A DNA stretch of 64,000 nt, from positions 161,820,001-161,884,000 of the forward strand of contig NC_059427.1 in NCBI RefSeq assembly GCF_021028975.2, read 5' to 3'. The position numbers and the translations under genes were made by a program. Origin of the DNA: Sphaerodactylus townsendi. Lineage: Eukaryota. The notes under the pieces were generated by a model. That model saw only the letters and a program-made list of their open reading frames with translations. It did no database searches and had not been told where the DNA came from. This document shows, piece after piece, positions 58,317-64,000 of this stretch (its first letter is position 1; every line of letters starts with the position of its first letter).

Positions 58317-59711
58317 CTGGAAATCAATTAAGTTTCTCCTAGAACCACCAACTTTTTATTTGACCCTTTACACGTATGTGCAGACAGCAGCCATTGACAA
58401 TTGTGATCTCTATTATGTGAAAAACTTAACCGTGCTAATCTGTATACACAGGGCTGGTGCTCAAAGCTGAAGAACAGGCCAGGTCATTTGTTTCTTGAAA
58501 CTGTCTGTTTCCACACAAGTCACCTAAAACATTTTAAAAACATTTTAGATCCCTTGAAATAACAGGATTTTTTGTCCACACTCACAACTTGGCTGGGTCC
58601 AGCTTTAAATGGCAGGCTTCAAAGCTGCAATTTAAAGCTCCACCCAGCCAGGCTGAGCCCAGGGTCAAACGGAACACTTGCTCCAACCCCCAAACTCCCC
58701 TTGACCTTCAGAGGAAGAGCTGGGGGTGGGGGTGGGGGTGGCAGCAAAGGCAGCAGTATAAAGTTGAAACTGGTCAGAGTGAGTGCTCATTTTGACCCTG
58801 GGATGAACTGGGTTGGGTCAAGCTTTAAACTGCAGCCTTCAAGAGTGAAGTTTAAAGCTCAACCCAGCCCAGTTGAGCCCAGAGCAGAGGTGGGATCCAG
58901 CAGGTTCTCACAGGTTCCCGAGAGTAGGTTACTAATTATTTGTGTGTGCCGAGAGGGGGTTACTAATTGGTGATTTTGCCACGTGATTTTTGCCTTAGTT
59001 ACGCCCCTCCTCTCAGCAGTAGCGCGCAGAACTTGAAGCAGTCTAGCAGGAGGTGCACCGGTGTGCGTGGCAGCCTGCGCCTGCGTGCATTCGTTTCCCG
59101 CCCAAGGACCGGTGCACCGGCTGCGTCCTTGCCACAGCCCCTCCCAGGAATGCCCCACCCTGGAATGCCTAGCCACACCCCCGTCGTGCCCCGCCCAGCC
59201 CCATTGGCACTACGCCACAGTTTGAATCCCACCACCATGGGAACCACCACTGGCCCAGAGTCAAAATGAGTACTCAGTTGATTGACTTAAGCGTTATGCT
59301 GCTGGGTCTTCCCCCAAGATCTACCTGACCTTTAGAGGTGGAGCTTGGGCAATGGAGGGATTCAAACAATTTAACAACTGGTTGTAAAGAGGGGATTGGA
59401 ATGTGACACTTTTTCCTAACGCCTGTTTTGCTGTTTCAGTTTGTGCTATCTCTTCCTCGGCACTATTCTGGCCTTGCCTGTGAAAGTTTCGGAGGAGTCT
59501 AGACCAGAGTTCTCTTGATCACTGTCTATACTTTTGATATTCAGTTCTGTCAAGGACTATGACTAATCTGGCCATATTATTAAAAAATCTTTCTGCTTTT
59601 ATGAAGATTCTATTGTACAGACTCAGTTTGTTACACTGGTTTTGATGGTGGGATTAAAATAATTAAATTAATTAAATTAATGGGTGGGGTTGCAACCTCC
59701 AGTGGCACCTG

Positions 59712-60293
59712 GGGAACATACCGTCTCACCCCATATGTCCCACCCCTTCGTGACCATCTCACCCCATATGTCCCAGGTAGGCCTCTGCGGTCGGCAGAGG
59801 CAAATTTACTGGTGGCCCCTGGCCCCTCCATGATGCGGCTGGCCTCTACCCAGGCCAGGGCTTTTACGGCCCTGGACCCTGCCTGGTGGAACACTCTTCC
59901 ATCAGAGGTGCAGGCCCTGCGGGATCTTGGTGAATTCCGCAGGGCCTGTAAAACAGTTCTGTTCCACCGGGCCTTTGGGGAGGCCAGCCACGGACTCCCC
60001 CTCTAGGATGCTCTTGTGTTGTGTGCCATCATTGATATGCCTGATACCATCTAATTAGCACTGTCCCCGCTCGGCCTTGGGATTGGGCGCCACATATATT
60101 ATTGCTGCTGCTGTGTTTATGGTTTTAGATTTGTAAATTGTTTTAAATTACCTTAGTTTTATGTGTAAAATGTTGTTTTTAGCCTGCTGTGTTTTAATGC
60201 TATTTTGTATTGTTGCTGCAGGCCTGCTGTACGCCGCCCAGAGCCCTTCGGGGATGGGCGGTTTAAAATCCAACATATAAATAAATAAATAAA
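59712..60293 (+). mobile_element. L2 LINE 3' end
   Basis: LRDHLTPYVPGRPLRS..RAFT...WWNTLP..FRRACKTVLF; (TAAA)n tail. Confidence 0.85.
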
Positions 60294-60640
60294 AATACAT
60301 ATACCTGGGGAATATACATTTCAATTCTCTCGTTTTCTTATTTAATCTTTTTTTCTGTTTAGATATAAGTCAATATTATTTACTGTTGTACTTTGTAATG
60401 ACTATTTGATTTTAAATGCAATTCTGTAATAAATCTCATTAAAGTAAAAAAAGAAGAAGATCTTGTGGTACTTACCAAACTTGCCTCTTTTTAACCCGAG
60501 AGAGCAAGAAATGCAAAAGCCAAGGGGAAGGGCCCAGGCCAGAAACCAGAGGTGTAGCTAGGGAAAATGGGTCAAATCTGAGTTTTTGCCTCCCCCCCAT
60601 GGGCGGCCGCTCTCCCCCACCACAGCCAAACAACCTAGTA

Positions 60641-60792
60641 CACAGGTGTCAAACTCGCGGCCCTCCAGATGATCATGAACTACACCCCACTGGCCCCTGC
60701 CAGTAGAGCCACCGCTCAAGTGCTGGGAGGGACCGGTGGGAATCTGTAGTTCTCAGGAACATCCGAGTGGGTCATGGAGTTTGACACCCCTG
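60641..60792. mobile_element. hAT MITE
   Basis: CACAGGTGTCAAACTC / GAGTTTGACACCCCTG; TSD ACCTAGTA. Confidence 0.85.
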
Positions 60793-60974
60793 ACCTAGTA
60801 GCAGTAAAGCCCATTGCTGGGGAGATGCAATGAGCCCTAGAAAAGGGTAGAAGAGGAAGGACCACCCCATCAATGGGCTTTAGTGGGGCTGTAGCAACCT
60901 CCATTCCACCCTTGCTCAAGGTGTGACACTTACGTGGGTGTGCATCTGTGGCTCAGGCATGGGACAGGTTGAAG

Positions 60975-61930
60975 AGTGTGGCTTGAGGTAGGAAGGAAGG
61001 TGACGATAGGTGCAGGGTGGAGAGGAGTGGGGTAGGCGTAGGGTGCCAAAGTGAGGGCTGGAGTGGAGGAGGATGGAACAGAGTGGCTTGGGGTGGTGGG
61101 AGGGTTGAAAGGGCAGGCTTGGGGTTGCAGATGGGGAGAGAGTGGAATGGGAGGCTTCAGGTGGGGGATGTCAGAAAGCTAAGGGTTCTGGTGGGGCAAG
61201 GTGGCGAGGCATGAGAGAGTGTTGAAAGGTGGTGGGGTGGAAGGTGGTTAGGGGTGGGGGATGGTTGTAGGAGAGCACAAGGGTAGGTAAGGTTATCAGG
61301 TGAGGGGTGGAAGGTGTGGCTAGGGGTGGTCGATGGTTGGAGGAGAGCATGAGGGTGGGTAGGGTTATCTGGTTAGTGTTGGGGTGGGGCAGGGTGTCAA
61401 GGTGGTAAGGTGATGTTTGGGTGGGGAGAGTTGAAAGGTAAGGCTTTGGGTGGTGGAGGGTTGGAAGGTGTGGCTACGGGAGGGCAGGGTTGGTAGGTGG
61501 GTATGAAGGTGGGGGGTTAGCAGGTTAGTATTGGGGTGGGGGAGAGTGACAAGGTGAGGGATGGGGTGGGAGGGTTAGAAAGGTGAGGCTTAAGGCAGGG
61601 GAGCATTAGAAGTAAGGATTGGGTTGGGGAGGATTGGAAGGTGTGACTAGGGGTTGGGGAGGGTTGGGAGTTAGTATTGGGGTAGGGGAGGGAGGCAACG
61701 TGAGGGTAGGGGTGGGGAAGGTTAGAAAATTAGACTTGGATGGGGGAGTGTGGGAAGCTGTAGGTTGGGGGGCTGGCAGGGCTCGGGCTTCCTCGTGGGG
61801 TGTGGGAAGGTAGGGAAGGGTCTGTGGGCTTGCTGAGCATGGGAGGGAGAGACCAGGGGGAGACCGGGAGAACTGGTGGGTGTAGGAAGGTGGGGGCTTT
61901 CCTGGCAGGGTGCAATGGTTGGGAGGGATC
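60975..61930 (+). repeat. G-rich low-complexity tract
   Basis: Dense GGG/GGGG runs, C-poor. Confidence 0.85.
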
Positions 61931-62214
61931 TGGCATGGGGCCGCCTGGGTGCACCTGCTGGCAGCTGGAGCCTGCCTGGATGGCAGCGTGGAGGGCTCGC
62001 AGGGCGGCGGCGTAGATGGGCACTGCAGTTTGCCAGGCTGCCAGGGCTACTGAATGGCTGGCTACTGAATGGCTGGCCACTTCCCGCTCCTTGGCTCTGG
62101 CACCTGCTCAGTGTGCACCCCCGCCATATACATGGGACAACTATTGGATCAGTATATGTAACAGAATGCTGGACTAGATGGACCACTGGGCTGATCCAGC
62201 AAGCTCTTCTTGTG

Positions 62215-62829
62215 TGATTTCCAGAGCGCATCCTTTGATGTGAATCTCTCTAGAGCTCAGTGCTCCTGCCACCTTCCTCTCATTGTCATTGGGACTTGTT
62301 TTCAACAGAGGTTGGCTTAATGAGACCCCCATGGAAATAGTTTGCCATCTATTGCCCCCCGAGAGGTTCTGGTTTGATCGTATGCAGTGCAAATGGTTGT
62401 TCTTATAGCGCAGGTTTTCTACTTTGCAGGCACCACAACCTGCTTTGGGGCACATCGACTGGTTCATTTAGACTCCTGTTTCCAGATGTTGCCAGCTGTG
62501 TGGCTCTATTCCTTCTAAAGAGAGACGTGGTTTGTCTGAAATGAAATGAAGCAGGCCAGGCTCAGGGATGGCTCCAAAAATAGCAAACCCGCAAAGGACT
62601 GAAGTTATCGAATAAACACTGCCCAGTGAATCCGAAGCCAAACATGTAATTTCTGTTTACTGCTTTGAGCCTAGCAGTATGGAACAGGCCAAGCTGAACT
62701 TCCTTCTTTGGATAACATCCAATATCTTCCTTCTTTGAATATCTTCCTTTTTTGGATAACAAAGATTCATTTCCATCGATGGAGTGACGTTTAAGCATTG
62801 CAGGATACGGAAAAGTTTTATTGGTGAGT
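62215..62829 (+). promoter_or_regulatory. Second copy of the candidate OR promoter/first exon
   Basis: TAATGA at 62318, CCCCATGGAA at 62327, donor TG|GTGAGT at 62824. Confidence 0.5.
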
Positions 62830-63755
62830 AGTAGAGTAATCCCAGTGGTCTATCGCCACAAAGTAGCATCCAGGGTAAGCCCCAGGTGCCCTTTCCAGCC
62901 CCCTCTGAACTCTCCCTGCTCCCCATAAACTTCCTCGCCACCCCTCCCGTCGCCACACTGTGCTGCCGCTGCAACTGGGAAAAAACCCCAAACAACCAAC
63001 CTCCTCCCCTGTATGTGTGGTGCTGGCTGGCACAGCTCAGGGATGGAGTAAGATTTGAGGTTTGGGTTTTTTTTAATGGTTGTGGCAGCAGTGGAACAGC
63101 GGGGTGGCAGGTGGATGGGGAGTTTGGCTGGGGGCTGGGTGAGTGAGTGGGGGGGGTGCCTGGTGCCTGGGCCAATGACCCCCCTTGCCCCTCCATACAT
63201 ATGCCACTGGGTAATCACTTTCAACAGGTTCCATGCATGTGATTAATTCTAGTCAGCTCGAGGGGCAGACAAGGCTAACAGCAGGAATGTCCAGTTAAAC
63301 TGTCCAGTTCAACTGAAATCTCCTTTATGCCTAATCGGAAGCATTGGGAGGTAGTTATTCTCGCCATTTTAGGGAATGATGTTGGAGAAGTCCGCCTTTT
63401 GCCCTACAAAGACTTGGGTAGTAGGGTGGTAGAAGTGGAAGACTTCACATTTTGTTGTGGTTTTTTTTAATGTTCATGTCATCTCTTCATGAGAGCCACC
63501 TGGAGTGGCATACAAAACAAAAATCGTGAGCAAATAAAACTTAACAATGAATAAAACCCAGCCTTGAAAAACTCAGAGGACAAAACATGGAGCATCTTAA
63601 ATGCATCTTAAAGCAGTGTGCAAGTGGTATAATAGCAGTTTGGTTGTAAATTCCCTGATTTTATTCCCCAATACTTGAAATTGATTTTCCAAGTTGGATT
63701 TTCTTTCTTGTAACAGTTCCTCAGGTTTAGTTGCTCTTTCTTGAGCCTTCTAGAT

Positions 63756-63847
63756 CAGGGATCTGCAAGCCAATTGGCCATTCTGGCAGGGGCTGATGGG
63801 AATTGTTGTCCATGAACATCTGGAGAGCCACAGGTTGCAGACCCCTG
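63756..63847. mobile_element. Internally deleted hAT MITE (family E-like)
   Basis: TSD TTCTAGAT. Confidence 0.8.
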
Positions 63848-64000
63848 TTCTAGATTAATCTGCCATACACACACGCAAACACACACACACGCGCGTATAC
63901 ATACATATGTATACATATGTATACACACACACACACACATACATATGTTGTCCATGAACATCTGGAGAGCCACAGGTTGCAGACCCCTGTTCTAGATTAA

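Overview
Vertebrate DNA, inferred to be squamate and probably gecko from its Squam3-like SINE, CR1, L2, RTEX-like and Poseidon-type Penelope repeat mix. The window is part of an olfactory receptor (OR) cluster with seven loci. Four are intact: three family-14-like (2365-3321 +, 34025-34942 +, 45772-46704 -) and one family-1-like (57384-58316 +). Three are pseudogenes: one from a single CGA>TGA stop, one from a CR1 insertion in TM6, and one truncated. Most intergenic DNA is transposon-derived and often nested: CR1, L1, L2, Rex1- and RTEX-like LINE fragments, Squam3-like SINEs, solo LTRs, PIF/Harbinger MITEs (3-bp TSD), hAT MITEs (8-bp TSD) and one Tc1/mariner MITE. Main highlights: (1) five minimal type-I hammerhead ribozyme motifs in four independent Penelope insertions, each insertion placing a sense-oriented copy 1.8-3.9 kb upstream of a + strand OR; (2) a duplicated candidate OR promoter/first-exon module (homeodomain + O/E sites + conserved GTGAGT donor) whose predicted intron contains an inverted-pLTR Penelope; (3) a CR1 copy carrying the SINE-tail junction and flank of a second, nested CR1 6 kb away, suggesting local 3' transduction; (4) a foldback repeat module shared by hAT elements with different termini. 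There are five N gaps, and about 12.4-17.2 kb looks like noisy, indel-rich sequence. Family names are pattern-based; no database search was run.
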